Positions 37,400 through 50,134 of a stretch of 64,000 nt of DNA are shown piece after piece (positions within the stretch are counted from its first letter, which is position 1; the number at the start of each line of letters is the position of its first letter). Source of the stretch: Prorocentrum cordatum. Its lineage: Eukaryota. Location: assembly GCA_963575745.1 (NCBI GenBank), contig CAUYUJ010000297.1:1-64000 (forward strand), in the 5' to 3' direction. Below the pieces are notes generated by a model that saw only the letters and a program-made list of their open reading frames with translations, searched no databases and was not told the origin of the DNA. A program made the translations under genes and the position numbers.

Positions 37400-37825
37400 T
37401 CGACGACGACCTTCCCGAGCCTCGACGACGACGACACCGATGACGACGAAAACGACGGCGACGCCGCCGACGCTGACGCCGACGACGACGACGACGACGC
37501 CGACAACGACGCCGACGCTGACGCCGACGCCGCCGCCGAGGAGGAAGAGGAAGAGGAGGAGGAGGAGGATGCGGATGCGGAGGAGGAGGAGGAGGGCGAA
37601 GAGGCGGCGGAGGAGGACGAGGAGGAGGGGGGAGGAGGAGGAGGAGGAGGAGGAGGAGGAGGAGAAGGAGGAGGAAGAGGAGGAGCAGGCGGAGGAGGAG
37701 GAGGAGGGCGAACGGGGGGAGGAGGATGAGGAGAATGAAGAGGAGGAGAAGGAGGAGGAGGAACACGAGGAGGAGGACGAGGAGGAGGAGGAGGAGGAGG
37801 GGGAGGATGAGGAGGGAGAATGTGG

Positions 37826-37884
<59 letters not shown>

Positions 37885-38010
37885 GATGATGATTGATGAT
37901 GAGGATGATGAGGATGATGAGGATGATGACGATGATGCTGCTGATGATGATGATGCTGAAAATGATGATGCTGCTGCTGGTGATGATGACGATGATGGTT
38001 ATGATGAGGC

Positions 38011-38057
<47 letters not shown>

Positions 38058-38889
38058 GTGATGAGGATGAGGAGGAGGAGGGGCCGGAGGAAGAGGAGGA
38101 TGAGGAGGAGGAGGGTGAGGAGGATGAGTAATGATACTGCTGCTGCTGATGATGCTGATGCTGATGATGATGATGAGGATGATCATGATGCTGCTGCCGT
38201 TGTTGCTGCTATTCCTGATGATGCTTATGATGATTCTGCTGCTGCTGATTGATGATGGTGATGATGATGATGATGATGATGCTGCTGCTGCTGTTGCTGA
38301 TAAGAATTGTGATGCTGATGCTGCCGATGCTGATGATGCTGATGGTGCTAAATACTGATGATTGTGCTGCTGATGCAGACGCTGATGATAATGATGATGT
38401 TGGTGCTGACGATGCTGCGGATGCTGATGATGCTGATGCTGATGATGCCGATGATGCTGATGATGCTGATCCGGATGCTGATTCTGATGATGCTGATGAT
38501 GATGACGGCGATGCTGATGATGATGCTGATGACGGTGATGATTTTCCTGCTGCTGATACTGATGCTAATGCTGCTGATGCTGCTGATGCTGATGATGATG
38601 CTGATGATGCTGACGATGATGGTGGTGGTGGCGGCGACGATGATGATGCTGATGATGCTGCTGCTGATGATGATGATGATGATGATGCTGATTCTGATCC
38701 TGCTGGTGATGATGATGTTCATGATGATGATGATGATGATGATGATGCTGATGCTGATGCTGATGCTCATGCCGATGATGATGCTGATGATGCTGATGAT
38801 GCTGATGATGGTGATGATAATGATGACGATCATGATGATGCTGGTGGTGATGATGCTGATGATGGTTGGTGATGATGGTGATCCTGCTG

Positions 38890-38927
<38 letters not shown>

Positions 38928-39289
38928 AATGCTGATGATGCTGATGACAATGATAACGGGGATGGTGATGCTGCTGATGATGATGTTGATGATGATGATG
39001 ATGTTTTTTTTTATTATCATTATTATTATCATTTTTCCCTGATATTTGTTCTTTTTTTTGGTGAGGGTGAGTGTGGTGAGAATGTGGATGATGAAGAGAC
39101 TGATGCTGACGATTGTGACGATGATGATGCTGATGATGATGCTGCTGCCGATGATGATAAGGGCGATGCTGATGCTGCTGATGTCGAGGACGCTGCCGAC
39201 GCCGATGACGATGCCGATGACGACGACGATAACGATGACGATGTCGATGACGACGATGACGAGGATGATGCTGATGATGATGATGATGC

Positions 39290-39324
<35 letters not shown>

Positions 39325-40501
39325 CGGCTGCTTATGATGATGCTGATGATGGTGATGATGATGCTGATTCTGATGCTGATGCTGATGATGCTGATGATGA
39401 TGAAGATGATGACGATTGATGACGATAATGCTGATGATGATGACGTCGCTGAAGATGGTGATGCTGATGATGACAACGATGATGCTGCTGATGATGATGC
39501 TGATGATGATGCTGATGAGGATGACGATGATGCTGATGATTCTCATGCTGAGGATGATGATGATGCCAAGGCTGCTGATGATAATGATGATGATGATGCA
39601 AATGATGATTATGGTGATGATGCTGATGATGCTGCTGATGATGTTGATGCTGATGTGGATGACGATGCTCATGCTGCTGATGATGATGACGATGATGGTA
39701 ATGCTTTTAATGCCGATGGTGATGGTGGTGGTGATGATGCTGCTGATAATCATGATGGTGTTGGTGGTGATGTTGCTGCTGCCAGTCATGGTTGTTATGC
39801 TGATGATGATGATGATGATGATGATGCTGATGATGATGATGATGATGATGCTGGCGATGCCGATGATGATGATGATGATGCTGATGATGACGATGCTGGT
39901 GATGTCGATGATAATGATGATGATGATGCTCATGATGCTGATGATGCTCATGATGCTTATGGTGACGATTGATGAGTGATGATGCTGATGATGCTGCTAA
40001 TGATGATGATAATGATGATGCGGATGCTGATGCTGATGGTGGTGCTGCTGCTGATGATGCTGATGTGGATGCTGATGCTGATGCTGCTGGTGATGTGTCT
40101 GCTGATGTTGCTGCTGATGTTGATGCTAATGCTGACTATGATGCCAATGATGATGCTGAGACTGCTGATGATGATGCTGACGATGGTGAAAATGATGGTC
40201 ATGACGATGATGATGATAAGGATGATGATTGTGATGATGCTGCTGATGGTGATGATGATGCTGATGTGGATGCTGATGCTGATGCTGATGCTGCTGGTGA
40301 TGTGTCTGCCGATGTTGCTGCTGATGCTGATGCTAGTGCTGACCATGATGCCAATGATGATGCTGAGACCGCTGATGATGATGCTGACGATGATGAAGAT
40401 GATGGTAATGACGATGATGATGATGATGCTGATGCTGATGCTGATGCTGGTGCTGATGCTGATGGTGGTGATGATGCTGCAGATGATGATGATGATGATG
40501 C

Positions 40502-40537
<36 letters not shown>

Positions 40538-40698
40538 GGATGATATGCTGATGCTGATCATGCTGATCATGCTGATGGTGATGATGAAGATGATGCTGCT
40601 GGTTGTGGTGAGGACGATTATGATGCTGATGTCGACGATGAGGATGCAGATGCTGCTGGTGATGTTTATGCTGATGCTGCTGCTGCTGATGTTGCTGT

Positions 40699-40765
<67 letters not shown>

Positions 40766-40776
40766 GCTGCTGCTGC

Positions 40777-40831
<55 letters not shown>

Positions 40832-40945
40832 CTTGTTGTTGTGGTTGTTGTTGTTGTTGTTGTTGTTGTTGTTGCTGTTGTTGTTGTGGTTGTTGTTGTG
40901 GTTGTTGTTGTTGCTGCTGCTGCTATTGTTGTTGTTGGTGTTGTT
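37400..40945. repeat. (GAC)n, (GAG)n, (GAT/GCT)n and (GTT)n field
   Basis: Read directly; internal ~200-bp duplication near 40056 and 40258. Confidence 0.97.
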
Positions 40946-41039
40946 GCTGGGGAGAACGACGGGTTTCACACGGACCCCCCCGGGGAGGGAAGGAGGGGGG
41001 GTCACATCGCATTTCATCGGGGGGGGGGCGCTGCACCTA

Positions 41040-41568
41040 CGAGATTCCTATGGGATCCCTTGTATTCCTGGATTCCTGGGAATCCGTTTGAATTCCTGGA
41101 GAATCCGAGGCATTCCAAGGCATCCCTACGGATGTGTGCGGAGTGTTTTGAACTTCTAAGGGTTCCTGAGGATCCCTCAGGATTCTTTTAGGAGCCCAGA
41201 GGATTTATGAAGGAGTCCTCGGGGAACCGGTTGATTCCTGCGGATTCCAACGGATTTCTGTGAATTCCAAGCGAATTCGGATTCGGAGTGTTTCGGATTC
41301 TTCTGGGTTCCAGAGGTTCCCGACGGAGCCCGAAGGATTCCTCAGGATTCAGAAGGATTCCAACGGATCCGTGGAGACTCCCCAATCCTTTAATGAATCG
41401 CGCTTTCGTTCGAAACGTCCTCGCGATTTGCACAGGAATTGCGCTCTTGCTCTCAACTTCGTTACCATTTACACGCGGTCGCCTAGACTTGTCGCTCAAG
41501 CATTCCGCACACTTTACTCAGGAGTCGAGCTCTCGCTCGAAAGTTCTTCGTAATATACTCAAGAATTA
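41040..41568. repeat. Degenerate GGATTCC minisatellite followed by ~41-bp GAATCGCGCT sub-repeats of the 2.6-9.8 kb family
   Basis: Motifs resemble 909-2361 and 2920-3130; ends in AAGAATTATT. Confidence 0.6.
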
Positions 41569-42844
41569 TTGACGCTTCGTGTATCCCCACCAGCGTGCTC
41601 TGTGCCGTCCGCGCAGCGTTCCCAACTTCTCGCAGGCTTGGTCTGTGGGGGCTGGCGCCACAGTGCGACCCCTCCCCAGCTTTAATGAGGTTCATTTTGT
41701 CCCTCGCATGTGCATTGCGGCGTTGGCCTATGTGCCTTCGTTGCCAATCGTCTCGCGTTGCGCCCCTGTCGAGTTTGACCCGCTCTCTGGAACCGTCCTT
41801 AGAGCCGCAGATCAAAAAAGTATCCTCACCAGCCAGCTGGGACCGCATCGGCGAGGTTCTGCCACCCCCCCTCGATGTAATTGTGTTTCGCGGCGGTTAG
41901 CTGCACCCCCCTCATGCGCAGATGTTCTCGGCGTGCAGCAGCTATCAAGTTACTTGTGTCTTGCGGCGGTTAGCTGCACCCCCTTTTCCACTGCAAAGGT
42001 GTTCTCCGCGGGTGGCACCCACCCCTGGGCAAACCGGGTGGCAGGAGACGCCCCGGCGCTGCTGCGGGCTGGCCGCGGTGTGGGACGGCGCGCCTCCCGC
42101 CGCTTTGGCTCGGTGGGTGCCCCCCACTGTGCCTCAGGGGTTCGCCCGCGGCGGCCGTGGAAACCATGTCGGAAGGCCCGTCGGACAGGCTGCGCTGAGG
42201 TCTCCCCCCCCGCGGGCCGACCCACTGCGTTGTCCGCGGCTGGCATCGGTGGGCTTATCCGCGGCAGGACGGCACTGTGGTGCTCGGGCAGTCGCTGGTG
42301 TCCACCGGCACTCGGGCTTGGGTGCCCGAAGGCCTTGCTCTGAGTGTTGCAGCTGTGTACAGCCCGCGTCTAACGCATCGTCGCATTCACTGGGCCTATT
42401 CGACGCAGGCGCCGGACTCGATGCGATGGGTGCCGCTGGCCCCCTTCAACTGAGCGGTGGAGTTCGAGGGCTGCGCGCTGAGTGGTTCAGCCTTCCGCGT
42501 CTTTTGCCTCTTGTTTTCCACCGCCGGCAGCCCGGTTTCCCGGGTTCGTGTCTCTTAGCTCGCCGGGCTGGCTGCTTGGAGTTTGGCGCCGCACTGGCGA
42601 CTCACTCCGTTGCACTCGCTCCCGCGGCCGCTTGTGCACTTTGGTTTACTGGGCGGCGCCTAGGTGCGTCTGCTGGTGAATGCAGAGCATTTTGTTCATT
42701 GCATGTGCAACTGCGCGCTTGTTGTGCAGGTGCGATCCGGCCTGCCAACGTGGCGGTTGGGGTCGCCAATTCGCTTTGTGCCGCCCGCCCCGGACATTGT
42801 CTCTCGCCGCCAGACCGTTGTCGCGCGGCCGCAGACCCAAAAAA
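41569..42844 (+). mobile_element. Modular dispersed repeat punctuated by GTATCC(C/T)C(G/A)CC, locus 2, cut by an assembly gap
   Basis: Starts TTGACGCTTCGTGTATCCCCACC like 34031; motif again at 41820; ends GCCGCAGACCCAAAAAA at the gap (42845-42944). Confidence 0.8.
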
Positions 42845-42944
42845 NNNNNNNNNNNNNNNNNNNNNNNNNNNNNNNNNNNNNNNNNNNNNNNNNNNNNNNN
42901 NNNNNNNNNNNNNNNNNNNNNNNNNNNNNNNNNNNNNNNNNNNN

Positions 42945-45900
42945 ATTGTCGTCACGATCAGCACCTTCAGACCTCAGGATGCTCCCAAACGTCTGGCTCC
43001 CTGGGTTGTTCGGCACCCTTTATTTGCAGAGCTTTTGAACGGCGCTATTGATGCCCTTCCCTGTGGTGACCCGTGGGCTCGTCTGGCCGAAACGAAATCT
43101 TTGGTGTTTGAAGTTGCTGAGGAGGTTAAACGTCTGGTCAACCTGAAACCTGCTGACACTACCGAAGCCGAACATTTTCGTGCCCTGCAAGCCCTTCGTG
43201 CATGGCGTGCGGGGAGCTCTTTCAAGCTAGCGGCGGCGGTTGCCGCGTACCCTGCGCTCGCTGCTCACTTTCCTGCTGGCCTTCAGGATGCCAGATGCGA
43301 CGCCCTCTGCCAACGCGTTCAAAGTCTTCATAATACTCTTCTGTCTTCTGAGGAGGAACTGCTCAATCAGCCCTTGGCCGAGGACGTCGGACCCGTGCCC
43401 TCCGAGGGGGATGAAAATGCTCGGCGGCAGTTGGCGGCTCGGAAGGAACTCTTGCGGAAGATGAATAGGCGTACGTGGCTCCAAGGGACCTTATCGGCTT
43501 CAGGGGGCATCAGCAAGACAGAAGAAGAGGCTGCCAAGGCCCTACAGGATCACTGGAGTACTATCTTTGCTGCTACTGAGGACGACGAGTCCCTCTGGCC
43601 CGAGCTGCTTAGCTTTGTGCCGAAGTTGCCAGAGGTTCCTGAGGGTATTGAGGAAGAGGACTTATTCGGACAAGGGTGGATGATGAGTGAGTTTGAGTGG
43701 CAAATGTTGATTCGGGGGAGGAAAGACAGCATGCCTGGGGAGGATGGGATCCCGTACTCGGCCTGGAGGGCTCGCGCCGCTGGTGAACTTCTCTATGAAT
43801 GCTACCAAGCCTTCATACGTAACCCTCGGGCTGGTCTTCCCGATGATATGAAACGAAGTCTCATGGTTTTCTTACCCAAAAAGATTGCGGAGGCGGAGGT
43901 GGGGGAGGGAGTCTATCGTGAACCAGCTAATACTCGTCCTCTAAGCATGACAAATACGGATGCCAAGATTTTCTCGGCCTCGATGGCTATGATCCTCACG
44001 CGCAAGGTTGCGCGGCACTGTCTTCTCCAGCCTCCACGGAAATGTTTTCGAGGCCGCGACATGCTCGCGAACGTGATGGAGGCTGAGAGTTTCCTTTCTT
44101 GAATGCCACCTTCGTGATAGATATACGAGTGGGCTCGTCCTGACGGACTTCGAATCCGCCTTCCCCTCGATCAAGGTCTCCTGGGTCCTCCGCGTGCTGG
44201 CCTCCATGGGGGTCCCGACTGCTGTCATATTGTTCTTCCAGGCTCTTTATCAAGATAATTCGGCGATTATCTATATCTTTGGGAGGATGTTTGGTTCCTT
44301 CGCGATTGGGAGAGGAGTTAGGCAAGGTGACCCGAGCTCGATGCTTCTATTTATCCTGGCCGTTGAACCTGTACTAGCATGGGTGAGGGCTAAGCTTCCA
44401 AGGCAGCTGACTTTGTCTCTCGCGTACGCCGACGATTTTTGTTTCGGCTTACGCTGTATCTTCGATGGCATCGAGCCGTTGTTCATGTGTTTGCAGCTGC
44501 TTCATCGTGCGATAGGTCTGGCTCTCAATTTCCCGAAGTGCCAGATTCTACTGGCTAACGAGCGTCTCAGGGACCCTCTTCGTGATTTCCTGGTTGACCT
44601 GGGACCCCGCTATCAGGTGGTTGAAATTACTAAGTGTCTTAAGTACCTTGGGGTCTGGATTGGTCTTGGGGCGGAGGACGTCGCTTTCACGGCATCTATT
44701 ATTAAACTCAAAAAGCGGACGCGTGAGATTCGTGATCTAGGGCTTGGTCTGGCTCAATCCATTGTTCTATTCAAAGCGTTCTGTGTTTCATTATTGTCGT
44801 TCTTCTTGCAGCTGCACCGTCCCACTCGTGTTCTTGATAAAGCTTATCAATCCTGTGTCCGCCTCCTCTCCGCCGGCCCTAACAATGCGCTTTCGTACGA
44901 CATGTGTACCCACCTTTGTGTTTATGGGTTTCCTATTGAGTTCCCTCGACTCTCGCTTGTGGCAGATGCTACTCGGGCGAGATACATTGCACGTTGTGAT
45001 GAGCTGCCTCGGATTCGTGACCAAGTCGCTCGGATTTTTGAAGATGATGACTGGTGTCCATATCGGCAGCTGCGCGGCTGGTACGCGAATAGTTTCCTCA
45101 CCCACCTGTTCTCTTTCCAGGACGAAGTTGCATCCCACGGCTTCCAGATCTTGTATGAGCGTAAAGATGTACAGAAGCAATATATGCGTGCGCTGAGGCC
45201 CTTCCACTGTCCCACAGTCACCCCTCATGGAGCTCTCCTTCGACGTGCCCGTGCCTGGATCCCTGAGGTCTCCCCATCGGACATCGTCTGGATTTGCAAA
45301 GTCATCAAAGCCCTGGCCCGTCGGTCCAGTCCTTACATCCCGTTGGCCAACCTTCGTATGCTCTCCAGATGTGTTTGCACTAGTGCTCGTTTTCACGCCT
45401 CCCCTCGAGGCTGCATCCTTGGGTGCCCTAGTTCACCGACATCCCCGACTGACTTAGATGACATGCACCACTACCTTGTGTGCCCCAGACTCCAGCAGTT
45501 GTTTGCACATTGGATGGGCCCTTGGGCTCCCTGTTCTTCTGGGTCTCCTGAGGGTTCGCCCTGGCTCCACCTCTACCTCCTTTTTCGTGGGATGGGTCCT
45601 GACCAGTGTCTTTTAAGTTCTATGTTATGTGATGCTTTTCTTAGTATGCACTCTTCAGTCCGATATTGTCTCCCGGGAACCCCGCAGCAGCAATTTGAAG
45701 CCAGGCTTCGAATTCATTCGAGGAGGCACCGTGCCTGTCGTCGTGTGTGGCAGGTGCTCAATCTAGAACAATGGGGGGGATAGTTCCCTCCCCTATCTTT
45801 CCAGTGGCCCTGGCGCACTCTGCGACTGGGCTCTGACTGTTGGCGGGGGGGGGGGCTCCGCGTGGGGGAACGCGGCTGTCTCGTGCCCTGCCTGTCTCTG

Positions 45901-46041
45901 GCAGGCAGACGCTCCTCTCGGACAGTGGGCCCCCCCTCCTCGCCACGGTGTGTCTCGAACTGCTCGACCAAGGAGTTGACCGCCTTCAACTGGGACCTCC
46001 TGGAGCCCCTTGAGCCCTCTGGGTCTAAAAAAAAAAAAAAA
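42945..46041 (+). mobile_element. Non-LTR retrotransposon, L1/Tx1-like ORF2 (RT + C-terminal zinc finger), 3' UTR and poly(A); 5' part missing in gap
   Basis: PGEDGIPY, RPLSMTNTDAKI, DFESAFPSI, RGVRQGDPSSMLLF, YADD (44425-44436), KYLGV, CILGC..DDMHHYLVCP; one +1 frameshift within 44077-44100; stop 45783; A15 at 46027-46041. Confidence 0.95.
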
Positions 46042-46369
46042 CTCCAGCAAAGCTCAAACACTGTTCCAACAAACTCCAATAGTGCTCCAGCAAAGCTCGA
46101 AAATAGCTCTAACAAAGCTCACACAAAGCTCAGCATCGGTTTGAATTTAGGGCGGGGAGGAGATCGTTCCTCCTTCCTCCTGGTTCGAAGCGGAGGGGTG
46201 GGGAGAGTCTTGCCCCTCCCCCCTTCCCGGCTTGAATCGGGGAGGGAGGTGGCTCCTGTGCCCCCCCCCCTGTTCCCAGTTTCTGGGGAGGGTCCCCCCC
46301 CTTCCTTCCGGTTCTGGGGAAGGGGGGGTGGAGGAAATTTTACCCCCCCCCCCACCCCAGTTTCCCGGA

Positions 46370-46765
46370 TCGCGCTCGCTTCCCTCTGTCGAGGGCTGCG
46401 GGGAAGGCTCGGGTATTGCGGTGCTGCGCAGATCCGAGTGTGGCCTCGCCGCTTGTGTGGGCTGCGAAGTGCGACACTGTCGCCATTTACGTGGACTCCT
46501 TGGGATGCCAGCTTAGTGCGGTGCTACTCTGATCAGAGCGGGACCTCGCCATCCTTGGGGAGCTGCTGACTGCGAGACTGTCACTACTTTCGAGGGCTGC
46601 TGAGGGTAGCCAGCTCAGCGCGGTGCTGCGCAGATCAGAGCGGGACCTCGCCATCTCTCGGGGATTGAGAATTGTGAAGTTGTCGCAATTTTCGTGGGCT
46701 ACTTGGGGGGCCAGGTAAGCGCGGTGTTGCGCACATCAGAGCGGGAACCCGCCATCCTTGGGGGG
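46370..46765. repeat. Four diverged ~101-bp tandem repeats
   Basis: GCGGTGCTGCGCAGATCAGAGCGGGACCTCGCC-like blocks near 46418, 46518, 46620, 46721 with mutually similar linkers. Confidence 0.88.
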
Positions 46766-47024
46766 CCTCACTCCTCGTCCTTTCTGTGCCTGTTCTATGA
46801 GTCGTACAACGGGCGCGCATGGTATGTCGCTCGCACAACGAATGAACAAATGACGGGTCCTGCGCTATCATCCTCCATACAAGTTTGGGCCAACCCTTCT
46901 TGTCACTGGATGCAAATGGGTTGGGTACGTCGCAGGGTGATTTCAGGACGTGCGTATTTTCGATGTTGTTCTCACGAAACCTCCTGGGAGTTGCCTTACT
47001 AAAGGGTACCCGGGCGGATGATAT

Positions 47025-47684
47025 GATGTCGTTGCTGTTGCCGTTGCCGTTGCCGTTGCTGTTGTTGTGGTTGTGGTTGTGGTTGTTGTTGTTGTTGTTG
47101 TTGTTGCTGTTGTTGTTGATGATGATGATGATGATGATGATAATGTCGTTGTTGTTGATGATGAGGATGCAGGTGTTGCTGTGGTTGTGGTTTTTGTTGT
47201 TGTTGATGATGTTGATGATGGTGAGGATAATGATGATGCTGTTGATGATGATGCAGATGATCATTATGCTGCTGCTGATGCTGATGATGATTATGATGCT
47301 GATGCTGCTGATGCTGATGCTGATGCTGTTGCTGCTGCTGCTGCTGATGATGATGATGCTGCTGATGTTGATGCTGCTGATGATGATGCTGCTGCTGATG
47401 ATGATGATGAGGAGGCGGAGGAACAGGAGGATGATTCTGATGATGATGAGGATGGTGTCGTTCTTGTTGATTATGAGGATGATGGTGTTGCTGTGGTTGT
47501 GGTTTTTGTTGTTGGTGAGGTTGTTGATGATGAGGATGATGATGCTGATGATGATGCTGATGATGATTGCGCTGATGATGATGAGGATGAGGATGATGAT
47601 GATGATGGTGATGATGCTGATGCTGATGATGCTGCTGATGATGATGCTGCTGATGATGATGCAGTTGATGCTGATGCAGCTGTT

Positions 47685-47715
<31 letters not shown>

Positions 47716-47990
47716 ATGATGATTCTGATGCTGATGCTGATGCTGATGCTGATGCTGATGCTGCTCATGCTGCTGCTGCTGCTGATGCTGATGATGATGA
47801 TGATGATGATGATGATGAGGAGGAGGAGGAGGAGGAGGAGGAGGAGGAGGAGGAGGAGGAGGAGGAGAGGGAGGCTGGGGAGGATGGGGAGGAGGCGGAG
47901 GAGGGGGAGGAGGGTGAAAAGGGGGGGGGCGAGGAGGGGGAAAAGGGGAAGTGGGAGGAGGAGGCGGAGGAGAGGGAGGAGGGAGAGGAG
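47025..47990. repeat. (GTT)n to (GAT/GCT)n to (GAG)n field
   Basis: Read directly. Confidence 0.96.
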
Positions 47991-48006
47991 GCAACCCCGT
48001 GGCCAG

Positions 48007-48073
48007 GGCACGGCGGCGCCCAGCGACGCTCTGAGGGACTTCCACTCCCGGCTGGGCGCGGCGTTGTCGCCAG
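48007..48073 (+). CDS. Putative exon D (GTAAPSDALRDFHSRLGAALSP)
   Basis: GC island between (GAG)n and (GTC)n; CAG|G acceptor phase 0, CAG|GC donor phase 1. Confidence 0.5.
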
Positions 48074-48121
48074 GCGGCGGTTCGGACGGCGGCGACTCAC
48101 CTTGGGGTTCGCCGCCGCCGC

Positions 48122-48183
<62 letters not shown>

Positions 48184-48764
48184 GCGCAAGCCTCCCAAAT
48201 ATAGAAGCATTCGGATGGAGATTTTTGTAGTTTTCGGTCTCGGGGGGCCCTTCCCGGGCCAAAACCGTCCAAAGACGACTCGGGATGAATAATGGGCCCT
48301 GGGGAAAGGGTCGAGACCCCTGGGGGTCCACGTTATCGAGGACCGATGTCCGAGGATCGAATCTGGAAAAACTGCATGAATATAAACTTTCGGAGCTCCG
48401 CGCGGATTTCTCGGATCGGCGCCTGGGCCTCCCTGGCGGCGCCCGCGCGCCAGGGAGGCGTATCCAGCGCTGATCCAAGTAATTCTTCTGGACCGCTGAC
48501 AGTCTATGTTTATACAGCTTTCTCTTCCCCCATGATCGTCGCCGTCGATCGAGGATCCAGGTTCGAGGAGTTTGTTTGGGTTGTTTGCAACTTTTGGCAT
48601 CCAGGGTGTCCGCTTGGGTTCCAGGGCCTCCAGAGATCGGCTCGGCTCGGGGGGAAGGGTGTACCAGGATGGGCCCCGTGAGGGTTCCGCAGGCAGATTC
48701 TGAGCAGATTCCTCTCGCTTCGCGGGGTGCACGTTCGGAGCACGTACAGTCCGGTCGTTGCGGG

Positions 48765-49705
48765 GCCTGGTGGGAGCCTCTTTGGGGCCTCTTGGAGGCC
48801 TTTTGAGGGCCTCTTGGGGCCTCTTTGGGGCTTCTTTGGGCCTCTTTGGGGCCTCTTTGGTGCGTCTTGGGCCGTCTTGGGGCGCTCTTGCGCCGTTTGG
48901 CCCCTTCGGAACCCGTCCAGTCGGCCTCTCGCGGCTGCCTCGGGGCTCTCTTGGGGTTCTGCGAGGCCATTTTGGGGGCCTCTTTGGGCCGTCTTGGGGC
49001 CCTCTTGGGCCGTCTTGGGGCCCTCTCGGGGACTTCTTGGACCCTCTTGGGGCCATTTTGGAGGCTGGTTGGGCCGTCTTGGACATCTGAGAGTAGAAGA
49101 AGACAAGAACGCTAGAATCACCCACAAACCTAAACCAAATCCATGCTTTGGGCATCTGGAGGCGCTCTCGGGGGTCCTCTTGGGGCCCTCTTGGTGCGTA
49201 TTGGGAACTTTTTAGGTCCTCGTGGGGCCATCTTGGACTGTCTTGGGGCCGTCTTGGCCCGTACTGAGGCCATCTTGAGCCGTCGTGATGCCCTCTTAGA
49301 CCCCCAAGATCCTCAGAGCCTTTTTGGATTATGGCCAGAGAGGCTCCCAAGATCGCCTCACGCCGTCCCAAGAGGGTCCCAAGACGTCCCAAGCAATAGA
49401 GCCCCAATGCGGCCCAATGGCCGCCCAAGACGGTCCAACAGCGGCCCAAGAGAGCCGCAACAGGGGCCCAAGAGGGGGGAACATCGAAATGACAGTTCAA
49501 GCGCTCCGCTCCAAGAGGACCTTCGAGAACTCCAGCAAACTCTCAAGAAGCCCCCAAGCGAACCCAAGAGGCCCCCCAAATGTCCCTAAGAGGCCCAACA
49601 GAGCCACCCAGACGGCCCCCAAAAGGCCACAGCAAGCTTCAAAACTGCCTCCAAGAGGCTCCCCTGACGGTTCCAAAGAGCCCCCAACAGGCGTCCAAAG
49701 ATGCC
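48765..49705. repeat. ~11-bp minisatellite in two inverted arms (CTCTTGGGGCC left, GGCCCCAAGAG right)
   Basis: Unit orientation flips near 49290-49340. Confidence 0.8.
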
Positions 49706-50134
49706 TTTGACCCACAACCCACAAGCCTCCCTTACCCTCCGTTTCTCCATCCTATCCTCCTTCCTCCCCTCCCTTCTCCTCCCTTCCCCTCTCCCCAGCT
49801 CCCCCCCCCGTCCCCCTCCCCTGCCCTTAGTTGGTGGAGAACGCGGGGGAGGGTGGGGAGAGGAGAGCAGCGAGTGCCCTTGGCTGGTGGGGAAGGGGTG
49901 GGTGGGTGTGGAGAGGGAAGCAGCGAGTGGAAATACATGTTGACACGAGGGCGTGTTTGCATTCGAATGCGCATATTCGTCCTGACCCGAGCCCCCATTC
50001 TTGCCTTTAGCAGCTCACGCGTTGACTTCAAATGCTACGATTCCCTTTTACTTGGGCACCGTCTCGCTTCCGCGCCCTATGTTGGGACCCAAGACAGCCA
50101 AAACCTGAGCACGCGCGAGGGTTCCAGTAAGCAA

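Noticed and set aside
41922..42944. N-terminal part of the 726-aa ORF as L1 ORF2
   Set aside because: The ORF reads through a 100-N gap; the upstream sequence belongs to a different repeat family and shows no APE motifs.
46370..46765. CRISPR-like repeat/spacer pattern near an RT
   Set aside because: The apparent spacers are homologous to each other, the repeats are degenerate, and there are no cas genes.
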